In this document: piece by piece, positions 37,601 to 49,591 of the stretch
How the letters are laid out: every line of letters starts with the position of its first letter
Numbering within the stretch: the stretch's first letter is position 1
Assembly (NCBI GenBank): GCA_002633005.1
Contig: NMRA01000044.1
Location: 198,182 to 262,181, forward strand
DNA from: Phoronis australis
Taxonomy: Eukaryota; Animalia; Phoronida
DNA length: 64,000 nt
Direction of reading: 5' to 3'
Position numbers and translations under genes: made by a program
Notes under the pieces: model-generated
What the model saw: only the letters and a program-made list of their open reading frames with translations
What the model was told of the DNA's origin: nothing
Database searches by the model: none

Positions 37601-37859
37601 AATTTTCTTTCATCTCCTTTCAGACAAATACTCCGACACAGAAGGCCTGGACAGGGAACACGCCACAGCCCTCGTCATGGCTTGTCGTCACCTTCCAGAA
37701 CAGTTGTTGTCTACCCCGGGTCAAAGGGCAGACATGTTGAAAGAGGCAGCGAAAACTTATGAAAAATTGGGCGACAATGTTGCACTTATGAACTGTAGGA
37801 ACATGATGAAGAAATGGGGAGCAAGTTTTAACAGTGTACCGCTGCAAGTGAACTGTTGA
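28625..37859 (+). CDS. SREBF: Sterol regulatory element-binding protein (13 exons, 1024 aa)
   Basis: Exons: 28625-28736, 29020-29426, 30047-30376, 30577-30694, 30878-31201, 31358-31539, 33436-33849, 34001-34287, 34630-34821, 35132-35303, 36388-36570, 37047-37164, 37624-37859; all GT-AG, frame intact, 3075 nt. Acidic activation domain LGDIDDML, bHLH-Zip with the SREBP-specific Tyr ([16 protein letters not shown]), TPPHSD degron-like motif, DRSR plus TM1 with NP (S2P) motif, TM2 ending FGEPV, and C-terminal regulatory domain ([21 protein letters not shown]). Confidence 0.97.
32014..33270 (+). mobile_element. Helentron-associated interspersed element (HINE-like) in SREBP intron 6
   Basis: 5' TTTTTATGCGCCCACA with adjacent IR TGTGGACGCAT. 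Internal duplicated block of about 450 bp (32165-32560 versus 32612-33010). 3' TGTGGGCGCAT, hairpin CAACGCT-CT-GCGTTG and CTCTTGTT. Confidence 0.75.
35652..35730 (+). mobile_element. tRNA-derived SINE head (degenerate)
   Basis: GGCAGTGTGTCCTAGTTGGTC (A-box-like) ... GGTTCGTATC (B-box-like); no intact cloverleaf. Confidence 0.5.
35953..36022 (+). ncRNA. mir-33: microRNA miR-33 precursor, intronic and sense to SREBP
   Basis: Exact mature GTGCATTGTAGTTGCATTGCA at 35960-35980; complementary 3' arm TGCGATGCATCTGCAGTGCA at 35994-36013. It lies in SREBP intron 10 (35304-36387); SREBP is the known conserved host gene of miR-33. Confidence 0.97.
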
Positions 37860-38523
37860 GATTTTGTGCGATCAGGAACCGATGCCATAATGTAGACTAA
37901 CTTATTTTGTAACATGTGATTGTTAGAATGTATAAATGGATGTACAGTGTACATTAAAAATGTTTTTAAAAAAGAGTTGTTTTGTTCTGGTAAAAGGTAG
38001 CACTGTAATGAAGTTCTGAAAATGGTGCACTCTATCTTGAGTACAATTTCCAGTCCATAGGATTGACCCAAATTTCCAGTAACCAATGATTTCGTCTTGT
38101 AGGTAGCACTTTAAATGGACTGAGTTGCAGGAAATGCATATATGATGCACGAAGTTCTGAATTGCTGGTGCTAATCTAGAAATTCAAACATATGATTTCT
38201 GAAATCTCAGTCCTTCAAAAGTATAACAGATTCGTTGATGAAGGCTTTTAATGGATTAGTACTCCTTGCTGAATTCAACCCTCCTGTACCATTTGTTAAG
38301 TCGTGAAATACTTTTATCAAAACCAAATACACACCGTTTGGTTTGTGAGCACAGCATCTACTACGACCAATCTTCGACCTTTGTTGATAGGACACGCAGA
38401 CTAGGCAACTATAATTTTAGGACCGCCTGTAGAATTGGGCTAATTTTACGTTCGTACAGGTAGTTGGCATTGAATTTCGTGGCATTTTGAGTTTGTGGAA
38501 TATTTCACTTTTCAGGATTACTG

Positions 38524-40692
38524 TTATTTTACGATTGCTCTAAATAATTCGGTCAGTAGGCATGAATGAGCATCTGAGTAATTTGTTATCAATTTCGATG
38601 AGCAAATAGTTTTCAGATCACCGAAGAATGTTTTAGCATTTGGTAATGCCAGCTCGTCAGAAATGTCACTTGCCTCGTCTGCCCGTAACCAAATCCACGT
38701 CTGGTTGGGATGAGCCGATGCAACACAATCTAGCAATATATGTTCAAGAGAACTTCGCTCAGTTACAACAAGAACGCATCTGCTGTTCCACACCCATTTC
38801 TGCCAGTTGTTAAGAACATCACCAGGGGGCGCAACATTCGCGTTGACGCAATTGAAAGCGAAGAGGGTTTTGAGCATTGCTTTCAGTTCTTCAAGCTTCT
38901 CCAAGTTTTCATAATCTTGGCTCAAAATGCAAATGTCGAAAAGAAAATCCGTTGAACCAACTGATAGTTTGTAAGCAAGTTGATACTTTTCTCTTCCGAG
39001 AAATTGGTAAACACTCTTCGCATGGCAACTGCGGCCAGCAGAAACCAATGTCTCAAAGAGTATACCCTGATCCACTATCAGAAAGTCTCTCGTGCACAGC
39101 AGCAGTGACATCAACGTCACGACGTCTTCGTGTTTACCGGCCTCTCTGAGAAGACCAAGATATTCTAACATTTTCCCCCCGTTCAGCTTAGCTGCTTCAC
39201 TAATAATAATCACGATGTCGTCATCGTCTCGCAGCAGACCAAACATGTCTGCCAACTCCCTCATTGAATTATGCGGGCTGTCCTTCAGTCCTTCGGCCAA
39301 GATCTTTTTGAGGGTAGGTCGTGATTTGTTGTCACCGCTTTCCTGAAGAGCTACGATTGCTTCCTGAGCTTGTAACTGTATAGCTGTGTGCGCGGCGTGA
39401 ATGGTCAGTTCGGAGTATTTTGTACGCGTTGCTTTGTCGTCTGCTTCATTTTGTATTGCTTTGTACGATTTTGCTAACAGTTTGAAAGTCAGTGCGCGCT
39501 CCGAATTAGTTTCGCATCCGGTGCTTCGCAGTTCAACAGCTTTGACTAAATTCGCGACTGCTGCAGGATACTTCTCCAAGTAAAACTGAATTTCGCCCAT
39601 CACATTAAGAATCTTGAAGTCTGGTTTAAATGCCAATTTTTCTGCCTCTTCTGAATACTCAAATGCCTTTAATAATTCGTTGCTTTGGTGCTCTGACCTT
39701 TCCCATTTATAGAAAAGTGCTTTCGATAAAAACAAGCAAGTTTCTGCTGTTTTGTTCAATCTGTAATTGCGCTCCAAAAAACGAATTATTTTTTCAGTTT
39801 GAACGCTCTTCAACTTTGGATGGTGAAAGTAAAAGTTACAACTTTCTAATAAAACAACGTGATCTTTTGGCGCGCATTCTTCAGCCTTGATGTAACACGC
39901 CAGGATAGCGTCTTCTGGTCTCTTGTGACCTAAGACAGGGTATCGCAATTCATTGACAAACCACATCTTAGACTTGTAAATGGTTGGTAGCCGATGGTAG
40001 CCATCAATTGCCTTACCGAGTGATACCCAGCAACGTCCAGCCAAAATTGCGTCTTGGCACTTCTCTGCCGTGCGGTATAAGATGTTGTATGCTAGCTTGA
40101 AAGCGTTATCGGCGTCTGTTGGATCTCTCTGGGAGCAGTATGGGAGCGTCAAACACTGACACAGAACCTGGCCTAGATGGAAATTCCACTGCCATCTTGT
40201 GCTGGTTTCATGGGGTCGTAGAACAGCTTCGAGTATCAAACGAGCATCGTCCAAGTACTCTGTAAAATTCGAGTAGAAATACGCAATTTCTAATTGAGCC
40301 TCCTCTAGTTTGCTTTCGAACGAAACTCCGAAGAATCCTTTATTTTCTAATTTCTCAAGGTGCTTGCACACCCGTTCAGCTGATACCAAATCGCCCAACT
40401 TCAAGTTCATGCAGCCTTTGCTGGTCAAAGCAACGATATTGTGTTCATTTCCTTCGCTCTGTAGAACTCCTTCGATCAACTCTAAAGCAGTCTTTCTTTT
40501 CCCGTCTAGCCACTGGAGGTATGCAAGCGAATTGAAGACCTCTATTTTAAAGAATCTCTCGCCAACGAGGCCTGTGATCAAAGAATCTCTGGCATCTATG
40601 ATTTGTTGAAGGTTTTTCCTATTTGTTACTTTTGTTTTGAAAAAGTTTGGATACGAATTCAACTTCCCTTGCAAGTCCTTCTGTGATGTCAT
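38524..40692 (-). CDS. TPR-repeat protein (IFIT/TTC22-like N-terminus) with a putative divergent C-terminal TIR domain, 722 aa, uninterrupted CDS
   Basis: 2169-nt ORF. Helical TPR-like repeats (VFNSLAYLQWLDGKRKTALELIEGVL; HNIVALTSKGCMNLKLGDLVSAE; ILNVMGEIQFYLEKYPAAVANLVKAVEL). From about aa 585, FDICILS...FNCVNANVAPPG...WVWNSRCVLVV follows TIR bA-aA-bB-BB loop-aB-bC order. A splice acceptor (ttttactttcag) 22 nt upstream of the ATG implies a 5'UTR intron. Confidence 0.8.
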   Translation of the reverse strand: MTSQKDLQGKLNSYPNFFKTKVTNRKNLQQIIDARDSLITGLVGERFFKIEVFNSLAYLQWLDGKRKTALELIEGVLQSEGNEHNIVALTSKGCMNLKLGDLVSAERVCKHLEKLENKGFFGVSFESKLEEAQLEIAYFYSNFTEYLDDARLILEAVLRPHETSTRWQWNFHLGQVLCQCLTLPYCSQRDPTDADNAFKLAYNILYRTAEKCQDAILAGRCWVSLGKAIDGYHRLPTIYKSKMWFVNELRYPVLGHKRPEDAILACYIKAEECAPKDHVVLLESCNFYFHHPKLKSVQTEKIIRFLERNYRLNKTAETCLFLSKALFYKWERSEHQSNELLKAFEYSEEAEKLAFKPDFKILNVMGEIQFYLEKYPAAVANLVKAVELRSTGCETNSERALTFKLLAKSYKAIQNEADDKATRTKYSELTIHAAHTAIQLQAQEAIVALQESGDNKSRPTLKKILAEGLKDSPHNSMRELADMFGLLRDDDDIVIIISEAAKLNGGKMLEYLGLLREAGKHEDVVTLMSLLLCTRDFLIVDQGILFETLVSAGRSCHAKSVYQFLGREKYQLAYKLSVGSTDFLFDICILSQDYENLEKLEELKAMLKTLFAFNCVNANVAPPGDVLNNWQKWVWNSRCVLVVTERSSLEHILLDCVASAHPNQTWIWLRADEASDISDELALPNAKTFFGDLKTICSSKLITNYSDAHSCLLTELFRAIVK

Positions 40693-43600
40693 ACTGTTGC
40701 ATATGATTTAAAATCTGAAAGTAAAACGTGTCTATTATTTCTCCAGTTAAGTGTTTTATGGCTAACGTATTGTTTCATTAAATAAATTAACAACTAAGTA
40801 TACCTTCAGTTTTAGCACCTAATAACCAAGAAATTGAACAAAGTGGCATATGTATGTGAGGGAAATTCTTAAAATAGCGTGATGTAGCCTACATCTTACG
40901 AGTTTTTATCCAACGATGAAAGAATAGTCAGAAACGAATCACAAAATGACGGCTATACGTTCGCTGAGGCGCTTTATGCTTTTACTCAAAGACAGACGAT
41001 ATTCCAAACTTTTTACACGAAGAGTTTCAACGTTTCAGAGCGCCTACGTACTGAAAGGTGAACTCCCTTAGCGTCTGTCACCTTGTGACGAAACGGTTGG
41101 ACGCGTCCGTGAATCAGTTTGACGGCAAGTAACTCGCGACAAAAGTGTTGGGTTCAGTCCACGTTAAGATAATGTAAGACCCGAGAAAAATGGCCAAATT
41201 TGGCTAATTTAGGAGCCTCATTGTACCTCAGAAATTGCTTATCAGGCTCAAGCTAGACCTTCAATTACTGCGCTTCGTTCTCCACAACGCTTTTAGAAAT
41301 TGTTTTTGAAATATAATTCCTCTTTTGTAAGATACGTTATTAAAAGTAAGACTAAAAATTTTATGTGAAAAGCTGCATAACTCAAAAACGTTATTTTGGA
41401 ACTGTTACAGCATTTTGGGTTGAAGCATAGTCGGCAGATTTTCCTTTCATAAATGACTCAATGTGTTCACTCTCTTTACTCAGTGACGTGGGATCGAGTA
41501 CCACTGGGTACGACATGTACCAGACCGCCCCCATTTTTAACCTTCAGGGGCCTTGAGCAAAAACTTGTTTGGAAGCCCCCTGCACTGACGATTTTATCTA
41601 ACACGTCCGCTGACATTTGGCTTAGGAAAATGATAAAATGGCACCCCACGTCGTGTCCCGAAAGCAAAAATCCTCCACCTTCAAACCGAACAAATAAGCT
41701 AACAGTGAGGTTTCGACGACAAAAATATTGGACTAACCTCACACCAATGTGCTTTATTATTAAACAGCCTTCAAATCATTGTTTTCATTTCAGGGAGTAA
41801 CATAATGATGAAATTTGTTTTCGGGCACTGTTTAGAATCAAGGCAGTCATAAAGACGAATAGTGGCGGGGTACCAGTACAGAAAGCACGGGCTTAAAGTC
41901 TTTTATTAACTATTTACTGTCTAAAAACCATTTCCCTCACCATGGACCAACGATCCCTATGGTGCATGGGAAATTATTTGGAACTACTTACTGAACACAT
42001 ACATGCATGAATTCTGTTTGTTTACTCAATTTTTGGAAACCAGGGACACAGAACAGAAAACACATGCATATTTTGATGATGTACTGGTTGAAGGTCTACG
42101 ATGGATACAAGTTAGTGCACCCGTCGTAAAAATCTTGTTTTGACACGAAGGAGTTCAGCAAGCACACATAAACATAAATGTTCATACTAATTTCCAGATT
42201 AAAGGGACCCGCCTATACAGCAAATGCTAAGTTATTAAAAATGAAAACCCTTCCACATTTTACGTATCAAATGACACCCTAACTGGTGACTTTTCTGTTG
42301 AGCACTCGGAACACATTCCGTCGAAATAAGAATTATCAAAAGTTGTTTTTTAACACAAGGCGGATACAATATAGCCTTTGGCAGGAAGCGATTTTTCCAT
42401 GCCACGAGTTACTGTTAGAGACGCAAAACTAAAAAAATCTGAAATTCATTTACTGTTATCTAGGACTCAGTCAGCTCCTCATTTGATTGTCGTTTTCAAA
42501 GACTTAGGAAACTTACTTAGGAACTATATATCACCCTTTTGTCAAACACCACCGGGTAACAGCAATCAACAGATTCAGCCTCTTCCTTGGTTGATATGTC
42601 GAAGACACAGTACGAAGTGCGTTCGATAGTTGAAATCATAGGGGACCGTAGACCCCTTGCCTGTTTTAGACCAAATAGAAAACTTGAAGTATAATTTTGA
42701 AAGCTCTTACCTAGCGTCCTCCAATTCACTTGATATAATGATGCATTGAGTTCTTTTATTCGCTTTTTCCATAAACATAGTTTCAAAAGAAACCAGAACA
42801 GTTGAACTGTCTGTGCTGTATTCACAAGGAATTAGTTCATCCATTGATCACTGTTAATCGATTTCAACATGCGATAAATAATTGATGACTGCTTTGATTT
42901 TCAAGTCGTATTTACGGACATAGATTCCATAACAACAAGTATTGGATTTTGGGGAATTCGAGTTATCGTTTATTTCATAGACTACAGTCAAATGACCGAC
43001 CAATTTTATTGAAAACGAAAAAGTCCTTCTTGATTGTGCTTCTTAGTAGGTAATCAAGCAATGGTCCGCTTTGGCCCGTTTACTCATTGAGCAGGTTTTT
43101 AAAACATCTACTCAAATGGTCCCGAAAGCGAAGTGATTCTATGGTATACATATAATTCCGCACACCGGCGCAGCTTACAGAATGGGCATGTTTCTGTAAA
43201 ATATCGTAACTTGTCGACTTTGTTTAAAGAGTTTAAACGGAGACTTACGTCAAAACTTATGACTAGCTGGTCGCAGGTCTCGGTTTTGACTCTGCTTAAA
43301 AAAAAACTTCGTAAAACTTAGTTATTTTAGCATCATATTTTAGTATCTTAGTCCGGTCATAGCCAAGACGGTCATAGCCAAGGCGGTAGCAGGCACGTTA
43401 TTATAGACGCGGAGAGTGCAAATGTTAACAGACGTAAAGATGATAAATACCAAAATTCAGACTTGAGGTTATGCAGGACCTTATTGGCAAGTGTGCGTAC
43501 TGACCACAATATTTACAAAACTATAAATTCTAACTCTGTAAAAGAATATAATTTCTGAAAGCAATCTGTAGAAATTGCCCTATGACTTTTTACCAATCAG

Positions 43601-44449
43601 ATATTAATAGGGTAAAGTGGCCATGTCTGTTTCTAATAGCAAAACAAAGATGCCGTTTAACATGATCAAATTTCAGTTATTCGACCTAAATGCTCAAGGC
43701 GAGATCTCCAAACAGCTGTTACGATTTTCTAAAATATTATTTCACTTTCGTTTTATGCAACTTTAATTTTTTCATGAAAATCATAAAAGTCATATTTTGG
43801 AAAGCCCCTCATGCAAAAAGGAAATATTTCAAAAACATTTCCAAGCAGTTTTTTGAAGTACAGTGCACAAAAATTAGGATTTGCAAGTTTCATATGGATC
43901 CAATTCGCCGTTATTTTGAGATAATATGATGTTCCGAAGTCAGTCAATTAAGTTTGGTCATTTTTCTAGGTTCGCTCATAACATTCATGGCTCCCACCAC
44001 GAATCAGGTTAATAAATTGTGTTGCGATCATATTAGTCAAAACTAGGCTTACGACGATTGATAAAACGGGCCCCTGGTACTTGAATATTGTACATGGATT
44101 TTAATGATATTCTTAAAGAAAGAAGGTTCACTCCAGAAATGACTGGTCTTTGAACAGAATGGATGACTTTCCTTTGTTTTGTACATCAATCCAAAAGAGG
44201 TCGTTACTGTTATTTTTGGCAGCCTAACTGTAATTTTGATTGCTTAGACGGGCAGCGTACATTTTTAAAACAATAATCTTGTTCAAAACAACATTAACTT
44301 TTATGCCGTGGAGGGGAAGAAAAACAGTTGAAATAATTCCGGGTCTACATAGGCCTACGTCTCGAGACACAAATGGGAGCGCTGTCGAGAGTGATGCTCT
44401 ACGAAATTCAATTGTAAACTATGAATACGGTGATGATGATGGTGATGAT

Positions 44450-44570
44450 GGTGATAATGATGAAGGTGACGCTGATGGTGGTGGTGATGATCGTGATAAC
44501 GATGATGATTAGGTGAAAATGGTGGTGGTGGTGGCGATCATGATTTTGATGATGGCGGTGGTGATGATTT
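44450..44570. repeat. (GAT/GGT)n trinucleotide microsatellite
   Basis: gatgatgatggtgatgatggtgataatgatgaa...; explains the acidic tail of spurious ORF 44240-44512. Confidence 0.9.
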
Positions 44571-47500
44571 GTTTATTCTACTCGGGTTTTAATTTTGGTT
44601 GACTTGAAATATCAATCAGACGCGGGTTAAGCAACGTTAAGATTATGGGCGGAGCGTAGTATCACAAAAATGCTATTTTCGAAATAATAACCATGTAGGC
44701 AGGATTTTAAATCATTTTATTTCAAAAACGAATAGTTGTTGCTTTACATACAAATTTGACGCTTAATTCTGAAACCAGCATAGGTTAGGAGATACTGAAC
44801 ATGGAGCATGGAAACTAAAATATGTAAAGCATGAAACATGAAAAATAGCCAATACTTTTGTGGCCTTGAAAATAGCCGTACGCGACAGTTTTGGAAGTGG
44901 TCGATTCGAGGCCGATATAAGTATAGAAACCACGAAAAATTAAGAATCTTTAAAACAAATAATCGAGTACATTAAATGGCATAAACGTGTACCATAAACA
45001 TGTGGCGCGCAAAATAATATTCCAGGCACACGACGCACAGCAGATTTTTCAAAGCAAAATTATGAATTTTAAACAAAATTCTGCACGGAAAACCGTGAAA
45101 TAATTTCAGCCAGACCAGAGAACGTTAACCTAATGAGATGCCTAGGCCTATATTCGTTTCGATAGTTTTGAGCATTGATACTTAGTTGGTCAATTTCCGT
45201 GTGACGTTATAGTGTATGTTATTACATAATAGTATTTCAGGACATTATAACCGAATTATAACGAGTAAGCGTGGTTTCGAGTATGACTCATCCCTTGTTT
45301 ATTTCCTTTTTATATTTCACAGTTGGATCTCCGTGTATTGTGATTGTGACGACAGCATGTGAGTGGTTCATTTCCTACTGAGGAGATTATGGGCGGGAAA
45401 ATTATGATTTTGAGAGATCACTCTTAGAGCGGAATCGAACCTGCAACTCGCGCGGTCGCAGTCTGACGCAATGCTGGAGGAGCCAAACACCATTTGATAA
45501 ACGGGAAAGTATGTTTCTAAGCCTTGTGTTGAAGACCGTGACACCGGACTGGACTACAGCAAATGTCTGACAGCCACGCAGTGCGATATTGATGACGATT
45601 AGCAACACAACGGATTTTTTCTGGTCAACGCTTATAACTTCAAGAAGTCTATCCCATCCCACAGTAATTCTCAAAATGTGTTTTCGGTCGTATCAGAATA
45701 AAGCAACATTTCAAAGTACACGGTTTAGTTGACTAATTCTTCAGGAATTGTCCAGCTGGGGGACGCTTTCTGCATGTTGTAAAAATAAAAAATTCTACTT
45801 CCGGGTTCGCATGTATAATTTGACCTAACATCGAGGAAATTAAGTTAGCCAGCAAAACGGAATAACCTTCCACTTTCTACATAGATTTGAGAACTTCCCA
45901 CATAAATGACAGGAAATTCTTTACAAAAGATTAAGCTTGCCACTGAGATCCACTGGTATACACAATGCAACGTAAGAAGACTTGCACCATAAAGATGAGT
46001 CACATTCAACACCGTTATTATACCAAAAAACATTATGTTTTAAAGTTTCTTCATCTTAGCTCGATTTTCAAGTGTTCGAAAAACTTTTTAAAAAGTTTTC
46101 ACACTAATTTCTATAGAAAACAAAAATATTCGCTAACATTTTTCATTAAGTATGCCAAATCTATTAATAACTAAGTCCTCGTCAAAGATGAAATTTTGAA
46201 CACATAGGGCCTACCGGTTCTAATGACGGGAATCTGAACTCCAATTGACTCTGCCCGCTAGCCTAGGTTTATACCGTTTCGTGTTCGCGAAATGTGTGCG
46301 GAAACCTGGAAACCGGTCCATGTTGTCGGAGCTCTCTGGAAACAATCCTAGCTCACTCGCGGGAGTATGTAATGATAAATATCGGATAATCCACCCAGTC
46401 CCCATATAGGCCTATGGAGAATATATGTTTGAATTACAAAACTCTCCTGTTTCGCAACTGGCACCAAATCTTTAACCTAACCGAATTTTCTACCACAAAT
46501 GTTATCTTTACAATCTCTCCGTTAAACTACGGAGAATGTCCATTTGAGCGCCAACTAGCATATTGATGCAATCGGACGCCGAAAACTGGTTTCGAAAATA
46601 CCATGTGCGGAATATAGACTCATACTCCACTGCTCAAGTCTCAAGCTTCTCAGTTCAATCGTAATTTGTTTACATGTCTACGCGTCTATCAATTAATGAA
46701 AAATGGTCTCGGGTGCAATAAGCCCGGGTGAGCGGCCTGCGCACACCCGATCGCAACCTGCCAGATCACCTAAACTATTGTTTTAAAAATACAAACCCAT
46801 GCTTTGTATGGGAGAATTACTGTGAAATCCAGACGTATTTTATTCACATTTCTCTAGAATTCCCTAATCTTGACAAAGCTAAATTTGGAGACAAAAATCT
46901 AATTTATTAGGTCATAAATTATCAGTTTACAGTTTTATCCACAGTAAGAATACAAAGACTGGTAAAAATGACATAAAGGTCACCAGTTTACTGTCCTGAA
47001 CCACTTGCATCAAACTGGTTTACAAAATCCAGGACCATTGTTCGAGACTATTTGCTTAGCATTCAACCATATTGAATGCTTTCATGTTATTAAAGTACAA
47101 TGTAGTTTATGTAAAATATAATAAATAAATAAAATAACAAAACCAGTACAGAATGATAGGTATTTATTGTCATGGTAATTCACAGAAGACTTAATCAATA
47201 TTATTAAATATATTACACAAATAAATGACTTGAAAGCCAGAGTTGAAGTAGCTTTGCACTTTGGTGTAAAATTTAAACGTTACTCTACACTCTCCTCTGG
47301 TCTCCTACTTACAAAGACACTAATGATTGCAACATTTCTTAAAATATTAAATTTTGAACATGCAAAACAAACAGTGTTATATAGAGTCATATAAAATACA
47401 TACAACAAGGCCAAGCCTGTTGGATTTAAGAACTAAACTACACAGACTTTTTGAAAAAGTTGACAATTCCTGTGTCTAACCTTAGTTAAGTATATACAAA

Positions 47501-49591
47501 TCCTCAACAGAGCAGGGGCTCTCCTCAGAGAAACTTACTTGGTAACAGCAAATAACACTTTTTTCGGGGTGTTTTTTTAACAATCTCAACAAGTTTCAAA
47601 TAACTACCAATCTTTTTTGAAAATGTGAAACAGACCTAACATTTCACAAAGTGAGAAATTGTGATGTCAAATTTGTATGTCATTTATGATCTTATAATAT
47701 CAATAATTATTCATAATAATTGTTCAGTTCTTCTAATAAAAAGAGTTTGCCATGTGAGTCTTGCAGAAAATAAGTTACTCCAGACACTACCAGGAATTTC
47801 CGAAAATAGGCCGGAACATTTTCGGAAAATTTTCCAAAAGTATTGGTGTATTTTCAGTAACTGTTTGCATGTTTTCAAAATCTAATGGATTGTTCTAAAA
47901 CATGTAAGTAATAGACTTTGATGTAAAATTTTGTTTATTTTTGCAAGACATTACCTTATGGGATCGCAATTTCACTCAAATGGCTATCATTTAATGAGAC
48001 ATTATGTGACTTGGTTGGGAACTAAACATATTAAAACAGTAAAAATAGTTCGCTGAATGCAAAATAAGTAAGGATGAATAAAAATCTTACTACTGAGATA
48101 CAACTGCATACAAGACAAGTTTATTTCAAAAAGTTTCCAAAAATGTCTCCCCTTCCCAGAAATAACCCCGTGTGTATATTCGGTTTCATTTGACGTTTTT
48201 TGAAATCATTTTCCAGATATCAGACCATGGGCCTATTTTTGAAAAGTCCCGGTAGTGTTTACATCATCAGACTGTAACATAATAATTTGTCATCACATAT
48301 CACAGTTTTGGCTACTTACAAATGAGGTCTTTCCACATGTGCCATTTTGCCAAAAAGGTCTTCATAATTTTGAATATCAAATTGACGAAAACGTACAAGA
48401 ACGGTTGCAAAAATATTGTAAACTTAACAATACCTAAAGCCACGGTTTCACATGAATACTGATAGCCAAGACAATACAACACTATAGAAAATGTTCCCAC
48501 ACTTAAGCCTGAAATCACCTATTTTTGGTCAATTTCATGCTCTAAATGTCAAATAAATGCCACAACAAGAATTAGTTCAAAACAAGACTTTTAAAGTTTC
48601 AAATAAACAATAATAAAACAATAATACTAAATACAATATACAATATACATTATCTGTTAAAGTAATATATGTCTCATGAAAGGTGTTAGAAAACTAATTC
48701 TTAGCGCAACTGTAAAATACATGCAATTTGTAACTGTAAAAGATTTCATTTCAGCATTTCCGAAATAAGGGATCTATTATTTTGACCTTCTAAAACGTTT
48801 TGTGCACACAGGCCAATCAAAAAAACTACTTATGTAGCTGTTAGCGAGAAAAATTTGGAGCAGCAATTTCAAAAACTATATATTCCATTACATGTAACAA
48901 AAGTGTACTGGCTTCAACTTTGGTTCATAGACATAATGGTAACCAGCGTGTTCTTTCAACAATAAGCCATTCAAAAGTCTGTTAAGAAGACTGCAAATCG
49001 GGTATTGCTCAAGGGTAGATAACTATTAATTTTTTACTTTCCAAAAAATGGCACACATTTAAAGGGATACTGAACTTGGTTTTGGTGATTTTAAACAATC
49101 TCCAAAAGGAGGATTCAACAATAACGACATACAGTGTCATGATGAATATCATGATTCTTGATGTGAGGTCTTTCCCTACAGTTGTAGTGTAACTTGCCTA
49201 AAGCATAGACTACACTGGCCCATCTATGAGACTTTTTAGGGGTTTTTCAAAGTTTGCTCCAAAGTTTTGAGTGTTGATGAGGGTTACTGAGCATTATTTT
49301 GTTTCAGAGAACTGGATGTCGTTGTTGAAATGTGTTAATAGACCAAAACTGGGTTTGTTAAATCATTAATTTCATTCGACTATGGGCAGAAAATTGAATA
49401 CATATGCGTCCACGTTTTTTTTTTGAAAAACTTTAATAACAGAACAAAACTTTGAAACAGGGAGGAAATTAATACCCCAGAGCATCTGCAGCTTTACATA
49501 TAAACAATGGCCTTTCAGGCAACAACACACAGTTATGTGTCCACATAACATTTCATGGCAGCCAGGTAGAGAGCAGCCATATTCGACCACT

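Noticed and set aside
38133-38138. miR-33 target site in the SREBP 3' region
   Set aside because: Only a 6-mer (AATGCA), expected by chance in AT-rich DNA.
44240-44512. Acidic small protein
   Set aside because: The acidic tail is a (GAT/GGT)n microsatellite.
45323-45780. Exon-like GC-richer block and ORF 45402-45674
   Set aside because: Stops in all plus-strand frames after the apparent acceptor, and no recognisable protein motif on either strand.
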